Below, piece by piece: positions 1-12,079 of a DNA stretch of 64,000 nt (position 1 is its first letter; each line of letters begins with the position of its first letter). Both the position numbers and the translations under genes were made by a program. The notes below the pieces were generated by a model. It saw only the letters and a list, made by a program, of their open reading frames with translations. It did not search any database and was not told where the DNA came from. The stretch spans positions 8,742,001-8,806,000 of the forward strand of contig NW_027266297.1 in assembly GCF_022045235.1 (NCBI RefSeq), given 5' to 3'. This DNA is from Haliotis cracherodii (lineage: Eukaryota).

Positions 1-699
1 TACGTGTGTACGGTTACGCTACAAGTACGTGACATTAATACTTTCTGTGAATGGATACCATGTTAGTTATAAAAAGACAGCAGCCGTGACCCTCCAAAGA
101 TGTGCATCTGGTTGAGTAACAAGTACTTAAATCGACTGTTTTTTTTCGTGTAAAATGCTGCTAGGCAAGACAATCAGACATAATGAGCGCATTCCGTTCG
201 TGAAATAATTGACACCCATTATTATTTCTGTAGAATACACGAGCCTCAGTTATTTTTGAATTGTCAATCTCGACACAAGTATGTGCATTCACGAATTGGA
301 ACGGAACAGACATTGTTTTCTTATATAGACGTAACTGCAAAGATAGCTCAGCCGTCTAGAACACAAAAGGGGCTATGGCCTGGAAACGTGAAGCAAAGAA
401 CTGAATTATCCTTGAAGCAACAATGTTTTAATGGGTATTCTCAAAGCGGTGTAACCTTGTTACGGTCTATAAGATGATAATAGGATATCATTCCACGACC
501 ACATAAACAATGGACGCGTTGGTTACCTGGTTACCAGACATGACCAGACATTATACACTATGTTACAGCAGAATTGCTGTAGTCAAGACTTTGGCTCTTT
601 CTTCGTAGCCGATGGTATATATGGCGTATTATAATGGGATCAAGGACAGAAGTTTCAACGAACATTGTTCTGCTAAAACATATGTTGTACAATGTTATG

Positions 700-1103
700 T
701 NNNNNNNNNNNNNNNNNNNNNNNNNNNNNNNNNNNNNNNNNNNNNNNNNNNNNNNNNNNNNNNNNNNNNNNNNNNNNNNNNNNNNNNNNNNNNNNNNNNN
801 NNNNNNNNNNNNNNNNNNNNNNNNNNNNNNNNNNNNNNNNNNNNNNNNNNNNNNNNNNNNNNNNATGCCGATTAAGAGTGCTAGCCGACTGAGATACCAT
901 GCCTCAGTTTAACATGGCTATCCCCCACACACAGAATACTGACTCCGAGCCGACCAGTCCTTGTTTTAGTCCCTTAATAACGAGCGCAAGACAGGGTAAC
1001 AACAAGTACCATCTTTTAACGTTTTATGGTATGACGCGGCCCGGGATCGAAACCCGGACCTTCCCCTCTCACGCTCTACCACTAGATCACGGAGGCGGTC
1101 AAT
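700..1103 (-). mobile_element. SINE family C (tRNA head, Meta-domain-like body)
   Basis: Reverse strand gaccgcctccgtgatctagtggtagagcg...cgcgtcataccataaaacgttaaaagatggtacttg; homologous to 33941-34324; 10-bp TSD. Confidence 0.85.
701..864. other. Assembly gap (N run) inside a SINE
   Basis: 164 N; lies between the two copies of TSD caatgttatg (690-699 and 1104-1113). Confidence 0.95.
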
Positions 1104-1711
1104 CAATGTTATGCGAAATAGTCATAATACATTTTGCTTTTTTGGTAATAACACAATCACTACTGTTCACCAGCAAAGTAGAATTTCTTACTTTTTAAAT
1201 TTCTTAACAATAATTACAGATCATTGTTTGTTTGTGTGTTTGACTTATCGCCGAACAGTATTTCAATAACGAAGAGTCAGGAAAGAAAAGTTGAACATTG
1301 TTTGATAGCTGTTTAAGGTCTGAAACTTATTCTAATTTTATGTAATAAAATCACATTATCATGGTTTAATTAACTTATATGTTCACTTTAAAAGCTGGAT
1401 TCTGTGAATAGTTTTGGTTTCAATATGCCTTAGATAAATACAGAAACACGCAAAATTCATTGATGTAAACAGATACTGGAACTGATCGATGGTATGTTTT
1501 ATGTTGGAAGCCCTTTATGTTAATGCTGTTCTATTCTATTGACTATTTGCATAACAATGTGGAATAGTTATCGTAAAACCTCTCAAAAAAGCTAATCTCT
1601 GAACATGTGTTGGTTCAAACCACGTTCAGAGTTTATAAATATATCCGTGTCCAATGTGTTTCTATGTTTAACATGTGAATATGTTCAACACACTTCTAAA
1701 CATGTTTGAGA

Positions 1712-2991
1712 TATACTCGGTTTGCAACAGATAAAAGACTCCTGTAAGTGTTCAAATGGTTTAATTTGTCATTTTAGTTCAGAAAATGCGTGATTTCATA
1801 AAAAACAACAACATGAACATGCCAAAATGTTAATTTACAAGTGAATAACGTGTGTGTCTACCTCTTCTTCTCATGGAATGGACCAGGCGTAGCACAAAGT
1901 CCTGTGGGATATCTGTCCATATCTGCTGGAGCATGTCCATTGAGATTTCCCTCTACCGCTATTAAACGGGTCCTCTTTCCTGCTGTAATCCTCCCCCCCC
2001 CCCCCCCCATACCATAACGCTACGGCCCCCTTCTTCCATTACACAATGATTGACGTGGGGCGGTCGGGTATACAATGTGTGAAGCCCATTTCTGGTGTCC
2101 CCCGCCGTGATATTGCTGGAATATTGCTAAAAGCGGCGTAAAACCATACTCACTCACTCACTCAATGATTGACGTAACGTTCAAGTCGACGTCGGTACAC
2201 TCGAATCCGTCCATCGCTGTGGCTGAGGTGAAAACGAGACTCGTCAGTGAATAGAACTTGTCCCCACTGCATGGCCGTCCAGCGTAGACGCTGTCTCCAC
2301 TACTGTAGACGTGCTTGACGGTGGTTTCTTGTCAAAATGGGACGTCTGGCGGGTCTTCTGGCGACAATCTCTGCACATCTGAGGCGACGACGTACGGTTT
2401 GTGAAGATATTCGTCGAAGGCCAGGGATGTTTCTTGCAGTCACTGTTGCTGGCTAGAATCGATTTCGTCGGTGTTTTGTTCGAATCCAGTTGTCTTGTCG
2501 ATTATTGGTTACGCGCGGCCTGCCACTCCGAGGATGATCTCTGACTGCATTCCTCTGTTGCCAGCGTTGTCATAAACACCAAATGGTGTTTCTGTGGACG
2601 TTAAATTGTCTTGCAACATCACGTTGACTCGATCCTGCTTCAAGCATACCAATGGCTGGCAGACGCTCATTTTCGGACTGGCCTGGAATTTCGTAATGTT
2701 GAATAATTGCGTAGTGTTCTTGTTTTTCTGAGTGGTTGTTGTCAGCACGATGCTAAACAATGCATATGGAATCCCGTCAACGCACATGTTTTTATACCCA
2801 TTCTTGGGTAGTGAAATGCATGGGGCTTGCATAAAAGTCAACTTTTGCATGGAATGCATGCTTTTTTTTGTAGCAGTTGTGTTTGTGTGAATTGATTCCA
2901 TACATGTACTACAATATTGAAAACCAAACTTTACTTGTTTGAAAAATACACTTAACTATTGGTATCACAGGAACTTTTGTTGTCGAGTATA
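1712..2991 (-). mobile_element. Decayed Tc1/mariner transposon
   Basis: Reverse strand encodes FTDESRF, SVMVWGG and VRRRL..ARRP-like motifs; tatactcg.../...cgagtata termini; interrupted by a family A SINE. Confidence 0.75.
2057..2162 (+). mobile_element. SINE family A, internally deleted, inserted in the Tc1 copy
   Basis: 13-bp TSD caatgattgacgt (2044-2056, 2163-2175); (ACTC)n tail; A/B boxes lost between gggta microhomologies. Confidence 0.85.
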
Positions 2992-3538
2992 CAAAAGACG
3001 AGGCACGTATTCAGATTTCTGTTCAGAATATGAAGCTAATAATACTAGTATGCCATGAACTCTCTTGCAAAATATTATAGAAAGACAGAGCTTGCGAAGG
3101 GCATGTGGACGAAACTGGTCATGAGAGCCATGCTTATACAAACAAATATAAATAGTCAATGCAAGGGAACAACCAGTCTAGATTATCCGCCGAAACAGAT
3201 TCCATCTAAAAGTAAAGGGCGAAATAACTGTGACATAATATGAATGGGCCACTGAAAATCAGTGATGACACCAGATGTTCGAGAAAACAGTAAGCATGTC
3301 CTGCCATAAACATTGCATATTCTCTTCTTTGTTGAAGCATAGTATTGCTGCTCAAATCAATGAAATTAACTCGTATCAATTACGTGTTTCCCATCGAATA
3401 AGTGTAATCTTTTAAATCTGTTTTGACATCCCGATATCCAGATATTCACCATTTCTGGTATTGCCACGGTTGGTTCTGTATTGTGAACATATACATATTG
3501 TAACATATATACAAATAATCACAATATATATATAGATA

Positions 3539-3748
3539 TAAAGTGCCGGGCAAAAGAAAGTATTCATTTGAAAGTTGGATTTGAGCAAACAATTACAAAC
3601 ATTATCACGGCATTACCAGGCTAAATGTCTGGTATCTGTGAACTACATATGATCTATCATTACAGTGCCATCGAGTAACCATTTCTTGTTCGTTTCATTT
3701 TTAGCCACCATCAAACACGGGTGTATACTTTTTGTGCCCGGCAGTTTA
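3539..3748. mobile_element. Tc1-type MITE
   Basis: Imperfect TIRs taaagtgccgggcaaaagaaagtat / atactttttgtgcccggcagttta, TA-flanked; TIR resembles that of 46919-47440. Confidence 0.7.
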
Positions 3749-3829
3749 GATATGTTTATGTGCATGTACGTTCTGGAGGAGTATTTCTTTACCTGGGTAC
3801 GTTAGGATATTAGCCTTGACTGAGTTGAC

Positions 3830-4210
3830 AGTACCAGTAATACACAGATTTATGCATGGCTCATTGTGCTTTGTGTTCAATGTAACAACATACAAGGCTT
3901 TAGTTAAACTTGCATGTTTTATTGTAGACAGGTGGAGAAGATTTGCAGTATCAGTGACCAAACGGATGTCCGATGAAGTTCCTCATTTTGACTTGAATCA
4001 TTTGTTCCCGTGAATGTTCAGATAATAAAAATTGTAATAAAATTTGCCTTTGCATGTGTTTTTGACAGAATACGCTCACCTTTTCGCGAACATCTGCTAT
4101 CAACACTATTTGATTGCGTTTCATAACCAAAAGCTTATGATATAATTGGAATCGTACAATGGACTGCTTTTAGCAGCCTTTCCTTATTAATATGGAAATA
4201 ATTTTTGTCG
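3830..4210 (+). mobile_element. Naiad-type Penelope-like element, 3' fragment
   Basis: Contains the recurrent module tttgcatgtgttt...acgctcaccttttcgcgaacatctg...ggaatcgtacaat, homologous to the 3' end of the RT-bearing copy at 59830-61415. Confidence 0.65.
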
Positions 4211-5492
4211 CTTCATAAATTTTATTAAGAATATTAATACATAGCACTGAATTCTCAATGGATGGTTCATGACAGGATGAAACGGGATCAGTTTCCCTTC
4301 GATATTTTTATAATGTCATATCATTCCATACAACGCACAATGATTCAAATAAATACAATATTAATATATATAGTTAAGCGTACATTTCTGTCCTTCCAGA
4401 TGAGTTCCTCCTATTGGCTACCTTATGATATTTGCTTTGCCACATTTGGAAATAATATGTTTAGATTTACACAGGTTTAGATTTACAATATTCAGGCTCT
4501 CCTCTAGATTCTCCACTTTCTGTACTGATTGCTAAATCAATGGTTAGTGAAGACTTATATGATCTCAGTAGGAATGAAAGGGGACCTGTCTATATTCTCG
4601 ATAAATAGCTAAAAGTATATAAGTTCAAGTTAGTTCAGCCAGTGTTCTATGATTCGTTTCAATTTAAATGATGCCGTCAAGACGTCGCAGGAATCGCTTA
4701 TTACTACATGAGTAGTCCTGCAACTTTATCCGTCTGTTAAGTTGAGAATGCCATGCGATGCAAGCGTCTGTGATATGACCTGATACCACTAATGATATTG
4801 ATTTAAAATCTTTTGCAGAATATATACCCGAACAAGAAGAATATTATTGAAAACTTAAGCGTCACTTTTCCTTTTTGTTGTTTATAAATTGCTTATAAAT
4901 TGTTTGTGTTATTAGATTAGATTAAAGTTCTTAAATAAGATATGGACAGTATTTGACGGTACTGAAATGTTCTTCCTAAAAACAAGGACAGCAAGAGAAA
5001 TATTATCCTGATGAAATATTTGAGATGTATTTAAGTTATGTTCAAACAAGGTGTTTAGTATTCGACTGGTGTACTCAATGTCGAAGCAAAATCAAAATGT
5101 CAATGATTATCCCAAAGAGATAATCAGATAAGGGTCTCTGTTGGTAAAGTATTAAAGCTTTGTATATGTTATAGTGTATAGGACTGCCGGCAAAGGAAAG
5201 TATACACCCATATTTGATGGTGGCTAAGAATGAAACAAACAAGAAATGATCATTTGATAGTGATGTATTTGATACGGCATCATAGTTGTGATTTGGACCA
5301 TAGGTTTGCAGTGTGCAGGCGACTGTTGTCACCCTAGTAACGGGTTGACCACGTTTGCAATGTTTTGGTCAAGTCCAAGTCTATACTTCCGTTTGCCCAG
5401 CTATTTACTTACTGGTCAACTGTGAAACATACATGGAACACTGAGTGGAACATTTCACTTAGCTTTCTTTGGGAGCGCATTTGTCAACGAAA

Positions 5493-5715
5493 GTGAGTGA
5501 GTTGGGTTTAATGTCACTTTGGACGTGTTCCAGTTATATCACGGCGTGCCAGCTTGATATGATGCAGGTTTACCAGTTTGGTCAAAGCCTACGGGCACGG
5601 ATATGGTGACAGACCTAGAAACATAATCAGGGTGAACCGGGGTTCGAACCTTCGGACACAGGCAATTCTGCGCATAGGCCTGCGACGCCTTAGACGACTG
5701 GGCCACCCTTGCCCG
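5493..5715 (-). mobile_element. SINE family B, degenerate
   Basis: Reverse strand gggcaagggtggcccagtcgtctaaggcg...ggttcgaacccc...tttctaggtctgtcaccatatccgtg with (ACTC)n tail. Confidence 0.75.
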
Positions 5716-6103
5716 ACAACTAGTAATATGTAAGTCATCTCTGATAATGGTGAGTTCATCAGACATCCAACGTTGACTTGTGAGTACTAGTATATCATTA
5801 ATATCAGGCAACATGATGAGGGAACACAAATTGGAACTTTGAGCCCTAGAGCCCATGACGCAGTCCTACATCACAGACAGGAGAACTAATCAGGTTTCTT
5901 TCACATGTTCTATGTACAGAGCTGTAGATTCATTACAAGCACAATATATTCTCTAATACTTCAATATTCTTAATTGTATTGATAACTGAAACACTTGGTC
6001 AGTGTCATTGTTTTATGGCAACCTATCAAATGTAATGTCTTGTGTGTTCTGTATTGAGTGATTTGCCAGCAGCATTAATCAACCACAGAGGAACTATACT
6101 GAA

Positions 6104-6410
6104 TCATGCAATATCTGTGAGTTACTGAAACTGAAATATGATTGATTAATAGTTGAGACAGCACACATTTAGATAATATGGTTTCACAGCAATTTGGTAA
6201 GAGTAATAAGAAAGGTTAAGATTGAAATGACGTTAATTGAGTTTGCAAATGATTTCATGCAATATCTGTGAGATACTGAAACTGAAATATGATTGATGTA
6301 ATTAATAGTTGAGACAGCACACATTTAGATAATATGGTTTCACAGCAATTTCGTAAGAGTAATAAGAAAGGTTAAGATTGAAATGACGTTAATTGAGTTT
6401 GCAAATGATT
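6104..6410 (+). repeat. Tandem duplication, 151/156 bp
   Basis: 6104-6254 and 6255-6410 are near-identical apart from a 5-bp insertion and a few substitutions. Confidence 0.9.
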
Positions 6411-6996
6411 TCAGTCAACCTCTGTAGGTAAATCCTTGAAAGGATGACCGACTGTGCGGAGATCGATCCGCGACAAAAGAGACTACACAAGATTGTCCCT
6501 CTAGTGACAGCTGAGGCTTTGTCGGCCGACGTGATCTAATATTTTGGTGAAATTTGTGGCTCTACATGATTTGTCCAATTGAATTTGTCGTCAACCATTA
6601 TGTTTGTGGTACTTCTGTCCCAGGTCTAGACGCCTGATCAGTCAACGTGTGAATACCGCAATGATCCATCTGTCCGTCATATTTATTTTCAGGAACGTTA
6701 GACGAACATACTTTGTGACATAGTCCAGAAAGAAAAGAATTTACCCGTACGCCTTCACTAACTGCCTCATGAACAGTTCCATTATGATGTTTACTCACCG
6801 CCTTCTTCTGAGACCTGTGCAACTATGTTCTCCTTTAAGATTAGACAAATTTTCACTTGAACAACACTCGATCGTTTTTAAATAAAGACGCAATGTCAGT
6901 AGTCTTGGATATTTTCTTCACTATTTTTGTTTTTGCGATAGAAATGTTTGTAGTTTATGCAAATCGCAATACTATTTTTAACAACACAACTCAGTA

Positions 6997-7549
6997 ACTA
7001 GTGTTATAATTGGGATAACACTTTCTTAATAAAGTACAGATTCTAGTACATTTTTGGGTTGAGTCCCGTGCGGGATTCGAACCCACACCTGCCAGGGTGA
7101 GGCACCTAATCGCCAGCACACAAAGTCAGCGATCTAACCCACTCAGCCACCGAGCCTTCCACAAAAATGAAAGTCCGACAACTGGTAGTCGAGTCACGTA
7201 CTTTGAGTACCCCCCTGACAAGTGTAAATTGGCACGGCTCCCATGGCCGAAAGCTATGAATACACAATACCATTTAGAAAGTGGTCAAATGTAACTAATA
7301 TTATATTTGGGATAACACTTTCTTAGTAAAGTACAGATTCTAATCTTTCATTTTTCAAGGCTCGGTGGCTGAGTGGATTAGATCGCTGACTGGCGATTAG
7401 GTGCCTCACCCTGGCAGGTGTGGGTTCGAATACCGCACGGGACTCAACCCAACAATGTACTAGAATCTGTACTTTATATTACTAAGAAAGTGTTATCCCA
7501 AATATAACATTAGTTACATTTGACCACTTTCTAAATGGCATTGTGTATT
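6997..7549. mobile_element. Tandem-plus-inverted element built from a 297-bp tRNA-headed unit, TSD-flanked
   Basis: 15-bp direct repeat caacacaactcagta at 6982-6996 and 7550-7564; 7010-7158 is inverted relative to 7357-7502 and 7258-7342 to about 7460-7550; A box tggctgagtgg, B box ggttcgaatcc. Confidence 0.85.
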
Positions 7550-8345
7550 CAACACAACTCAGTACTATCAAACAGATACTATAGAGTAAATATGATTTTG
7601 CGCGCTTTTAGCAACATTAAAGCAATATGGCAGGGGACACAAGAAATAGACTGTACCCATTTGGAGAATTTGGCGAAAACAATTTGGACGCTGTTTGGAC
7701 GCTTTTTGTTTGTTACAGTCACAAAGAGTCCCCATGGACCTGTGAACGAACGCGAGTGCACACTGATCAATTAATTGGCCGGGGTTATAATAATGTACCG
7801 ACATGCACATTAACTGGGCATAATAAATGTGCTTCTTCTTCTTCTTCATCTTCTTGCTTCTTCTTTATTCAACAATATTCCAGCAATTTCACGTCGGCCT
7901 GTAAACAATGGATTCCGGTCACATCAACCAGTGGCTTATATAATAGCAACGTCAAACTCTCTACGAATCAATCAAAATACCGGCATCCCCATTAGTCATG
8001 TCGCAAGGATAATGCACGTTTTGTCCAGCTTTGGAATTGAGAAGGAATCAATATCAAGAATTTTTTTCTAACTCTGTGAAAAATCCAGACAACTTCCGCA
8101 ATCCAATTCCATTTGACTTATTGCAGCAAACACTTTTACAATACCCACAATTACCTGGGAACATAACCATTGTATATGTAAGAGATCCGCTGGGTCATAC
8201 GGAGTGAAGCTCCATATTAATTACTCCGTGCTCCGATGAGCAGGAATGATGTTTTGAGCACATCCAAAGGTGGTGTGTTGCGCTGACATATTATTGGAAT
8301 TAATACATTTTACATTTTTCATTTTTCGTTTCGTTTCTTTTTCAG

Positions 8346-8441
8346 TTACCATCGTGTGCATACCGATGACAGCAGCCCAGAGGATTTACCAGCTGTGGAT
8401 ATATGGTGATGTTCTCTGCAAGTGTGTCCAGTACTTACAGG
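8346..8441 (+). CDS. Class A neuropeptide-type GPCR, internal exon (end of TM2, ECL1, start of TM3)
   Basis: Polypyrimidine tract + ttcag acceptor and G|gtaaag donor; encodes (V)TIVCIPMTAAQRIYQLWIYGDVLCKCVQYLQG with the TM2 Pro, ECL1 WxxG and TM3 disulfide Cys; phase 1/phase 1, joins in frame to 20394. Confidence 0.9.
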
Positions 8442-8527
8442 GTAAAGTACAGTTGTCTCCATTACACTCTGGTCTGTACAGCCTGTACCGTTATCTGCAT
8501 TGTACATCATACCACGGGTGCCATCAT

Positions 8528-8603
8528 ATGTGTGTGTGTGTGTGTGTGTATGCGTGTGTGTGAGAGAGTGAGTGTGTGTGTGCGCGCGCGTGTGTGAGTG
8601 AGT
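8528..8603. repeat. Compound (GT)n/(GA)/(GC) microsatellite
   Basis: Visible directly; sits at the position of the internal (CA)n of family C SINEs. Confidence 0.9.
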
Positions 8604-8750
8604 NNNNNNNNNNNNNNNNNNNNNNNNNNNNNNNNNNNNNNNNNNNNNNNNNNNNNNNNNNNNNNNNNNNNNNNNNNNNNNNNNNNNNNNNNNNNNNNNN
8701 NNNNNNNNNNNNNNNNNNNNNNNNNNNNNNNNNNNNNNNNNNNNNNNNNN
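8604..8750. other. Assembly gap (N run)
   Basis: 147 N following a GT-rich microsatellite and preceding a family C SINE fragment. Confidence 0.95.
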
Positions 8751-8918
8751 TCCGAACACATGGCGGTTTAATAGTCCCAACCCACTGAGATACCATGCAG
8801 CAGTTTAACATGGATAACAAACTTTACACAGTATACTGACTCCGATCCGAGCAGTCCCTGTTTTATCAATGCGGATCGCCAGGCAAGGTAACAACAAGTA
8901 CCATATATTAACGTTTTC
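8751..8918 (-). mobile_element. SINE family C fragment
   Basis: cactgagataccatgcagcagtttaacatgg...gtatactgactccga...ggtaacaacaagtacc matches 10917-11032. Confidence 0.75.
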
Positions 8919-9084
8919 ATATTAACGAGATTCAGCCCTTAGTCACTTGCGATTTTTGAGGTTCAGCATTACATTGAATATTCACTGTCAAATTACGTTA
9001 TTCAAGACCGGGGGGTATGTAACAACGTCTGCATGTAATTTACAAAATATTGAACACATACCCATTGTCCGGATTAACGTGTGT

Positions 9085-9250
9085 GTTTGTTTAACGCGTA
9101 CGCAGCAACATTCCAGCCATAAGATGGCGACCAATAAATAATCGAATCTGGACCAGACAGTCGAGTAATTACTATTATGATGAACGATCAACATCACTGA
9201 CGTGTGATGTTACGCCATGAACCAAGTCACCAGGCCTGGCCAGCCGATCC
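9085..9250 (-). mobile_element. SINE family D, degenerate
   Basis: tgtttaacgcg...ataatcgaatctggaccagaca...aaccaagtca...gatccg aligns to 26990-27160. Confidence 0.6.
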
Positions 9251-9799
9251 GTGATAGTACTGTAAAACGAGTAACAAGAGTAATTAAATCCAGCTTCCCG
9301 ATTGGTCAGTCGCCGTCTTCTGAACCCCTATATAAATCGGTAGGCCGGTATGTGCGGACATCATGACGTCATAGTGTTTCATAAGACGTCATCTGCCTCT
9401 CACGTCATAATTACTACGTTCACAGTTTGAGTTACCATACCGAACCGACTAGTGGTCGAAAGGCAGACCTGAAAAGCAAGATGGAGACAGTCTCTTGATA
9501 ATAAGTACTTGTAAATACCCAAAGTTAACTTCGTTTCAAGTCACCTTCGTTCTCGTGCTGTACAAGCGCCTTCAGTTTGTAATATACGTACATACCGCTA
9601 GTAACACATGAAACTCACAATCCCACCGCCCATTGATAGTATTATAAAACATGACTGCCTTTTTGACGACATGCTATTCTGTGATTAACAGAGATTAAAT
9701 AAACATATTAGAGATGTACTTTGACTTGAAGAGCATTCCAAACGCAAACAATTTGAGCTGGCACGAAAGTAGATCCAGTGTCGATTCCTGGCGGTGTTG

Positions 9800-10010
9800 T
9801 AATTCAGAAAAAAGACAAAACCCTTTCCATAGCCAACAGAACGTTCTGTTAAAACGTGAGCGTATCCTGCCCAAACTGTGGCACCCGTCACAAACACATG
9901 TAAAGGAAAGTCAATTGTTCACCTGGTAAAATCAAAATAGGGAATTGAGCGGACATAAGTTTCGTCACTTATGCGTCAAATTTGGAAATGTCCTCCACAT
10001 TTTTTCAAAT
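9800..10010 (-). mobile_element. Naiad-type PLE 3' fragment
   Basis: Reverse complement of the module catgtgtttgtgacgggtgccac...gggcaggatacgctcac...tatggaaagggttttgtc. Confidence 0.65.
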
Positions 10011-10259
10011 CCTAGCCGTGGTATTCCTGCTGTTCGGAAATCATCTTGCTTGCATAGTAGAAGGTGAAATTACCACACTAACAGAACATTACTCAATAAA
10101 TCCTACATAATTCTCAGTTGAACGTCAGGAATAAGCTTACATCTCAAGTCTCAAGTCCTGCTGTAGTCAACGGTCCGATTGAACTTCTGCCTGAATAGAT
10201 TTGGCTCCTCACAGACAAGACACGGAACAGTACTCGCACTTCTAAATCTTATGATTCTG

Positions 10260-10780
10260 CTATAAGAAAGAGCACATGTAAAATCTAAATTCCACAACAT
10301 CTGAGATACCATCGAGCATGCTCTTCCCATGGGTGTGCCAAAGAGCGTTATGCGACTTGCTCGAAAGTTGTTTGAAAAGGGTAACAACATTCAAGGCTTT
10401 AGTAAAGCTTGCTAAAGCTTTCATGGTAGACACGTAGAGGACACCTATTTTAGCTTGTACCATGTGTTCCCGTGTTTGTTCAGGCGATTATTTGCTATAC
10501 ATATGTTGTGACGGGTGCCACAGATGGGGCAAGAAACTGATCACCTTTTCGCGAACGCCTAGTGTCGTCACTATTTTGATAGTGATTCATAAACACATGT
10601 TTGGATTCAGTCGGAATTGTCGCTTGATATAAACGCCACAGTCAACTACAATACAGCAGCATGGCGGTCTGTCAGCTGACCAGGCACACTAGTTATTTCA
10701 GCATGAACAGTGTTCCATGCCGCCGTGGCACATAGGCGGAGTACAGTTCTCGTGAACACCTGGTGTCGTTAATAACATTT
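10260..10780 (+). mobile_element. Naiad-type PLE 3' fragments
   Basis: ttccacaacatctgagataccatcgagcatgctc (SQLLRYxRAC-like) followed by two copies of the 3' module. Confidence 0.65.
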
Positions 10781-11129
10781 AGTGAGGTGAGGTGAGGTGA
10801 GGTGAGGTGAGGTGAGGTGAGGTGAAATTGGGTTTAACTTATAAAGCGACGTGCATGCACGTGTGTGTGTGTATGGCTGCTTGTACTAGACCTGATTGAT
10901 GCCGATTTATAGTGCCCACTGAGATACCATGCCGCAGTTTAACATGACAGACACAGTATACTGACTCCGAGCCGACCAGTCCTTGCTTTAACCCCTTAAT
11001 GTCGAGCGCCAGACAGGGTAACAACAAGTACCATCTTTTAACGCCTTTTGGTATGACGCGGCTGGGGATCGAACCCCGGACCTTCCGCTCTCCGGGCGGA
11101 CGCTCTACCACTAGACCACGGAGGCGGTC
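10781..11129 (-). mobile_element. SINE family C, full length
   Basis: tRNA-like head (tggtctagtgg A box, ggttcgatcc B box), Meta-like body, internal (CA)n, (CCTCA)n tail; imperfect TSD taaYatttag. Confidence 0.9.
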
Positions 11130-11212
11130 TAATATTTAGCGATCCATTCATATAATTTTTGCTGCTATTTTACCTTTTACGCATAATGGCATCTGTTTCG
11201 GCGGATAATCGG

Positions 11213-11460
11213 TTGGTTGGTTGGTTCGTTTGTTTACGCCGCACTCAGCAATATTCCAGCTATATGACGGCCGTCTGTAAATAATCGAGTCTGGACGAGA
11301 CAATCCAGTGATTGATATCATGAACATCGATCCTCGCAATTGGGATCGATGACATGCATCAACCAAGTCGGCAAGCCTGACCACTTTTACGACAAGCATA
11401 GTCGCCTTTTACGGCAAGCATGGGTTGCTGAAGACCTATTCTACCCCGGATCTTCACGGG
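11213..11460 (-). mobile_element. SINE-like family D (non-tRNA structured head)
   Basis: 15-bp TSD tcggcggataatcgg (11198-11212, 11461-11475); 5' end cccgtgaagatccggggtagaatagg; (AACC)n tail. Confidence 0.9.
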
Positions 11461-12079
11461 TCGGCGGATAATCGGGACTGACGTTGACGGCTCATATTAA
11501 TTAAACGCTCAAGATACTATTTAGTATTTTCATCTTCCGTGTGTAGATAGTTTCGGATAAGAACAGATACGAGCCTTCAACGATATATACTAGATAATGG
11601 CTTTCATGTATGAGATACTCTATGAGCGAATTGGTAGACAGTGTATAATTGGCGCGAAAGGACTGAATACTAACATGTGCTCCCTTGTCTGGCTTGGCCA
11701 TTTGTCACAGACCAAAGCTGCGATGGTTCTCTTCGAATTCAGTGCAAACAAAGCGTTGAGCCATATATATTTGCACAGAGAAAGCAATGCTTTAGTCATC
11801 TTTCATTGATGACATTTATGTCTAATTAAGTCCTTGGAAAATATATTCATGGACTGGAGATAAACAGAACGATAAATTTTGCAGTTGAATTCACAACGAA
11901 ATGACTTTGATATCGGTATTGTTAAAAGTTTTACGTGAGGGGAAAATAGTGGGCAGCATTTTTTGTACAGTATTAAGAGCCACAAGTGCCAGTCAGGTCA
12001 CAGGAAGTTAATTCTTTGATTGGTCGCGGCGACAATCAATACCTACTCATACACACGAGGCCTTTAAGCTTCTATGGGT

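Noticed and set aside
7210-7262. Hammerhead ribozyme (ctgacaag...ggccgaaagct) in the 297-bp unit
   Set aside because: The core is CUGACAA rather than CUGANGA, two hairpins lie before GAAA, and no stem I or stem III pairing could be built; at most a degenerate remnant
1-8345. GPCR first exon (N-terminus, TM1, start of TM2)
   Set aside because: No GNxxV or LAxxD-encoding exon was found; the first gap lies inside a SINE; the exon is probably upstream of the window
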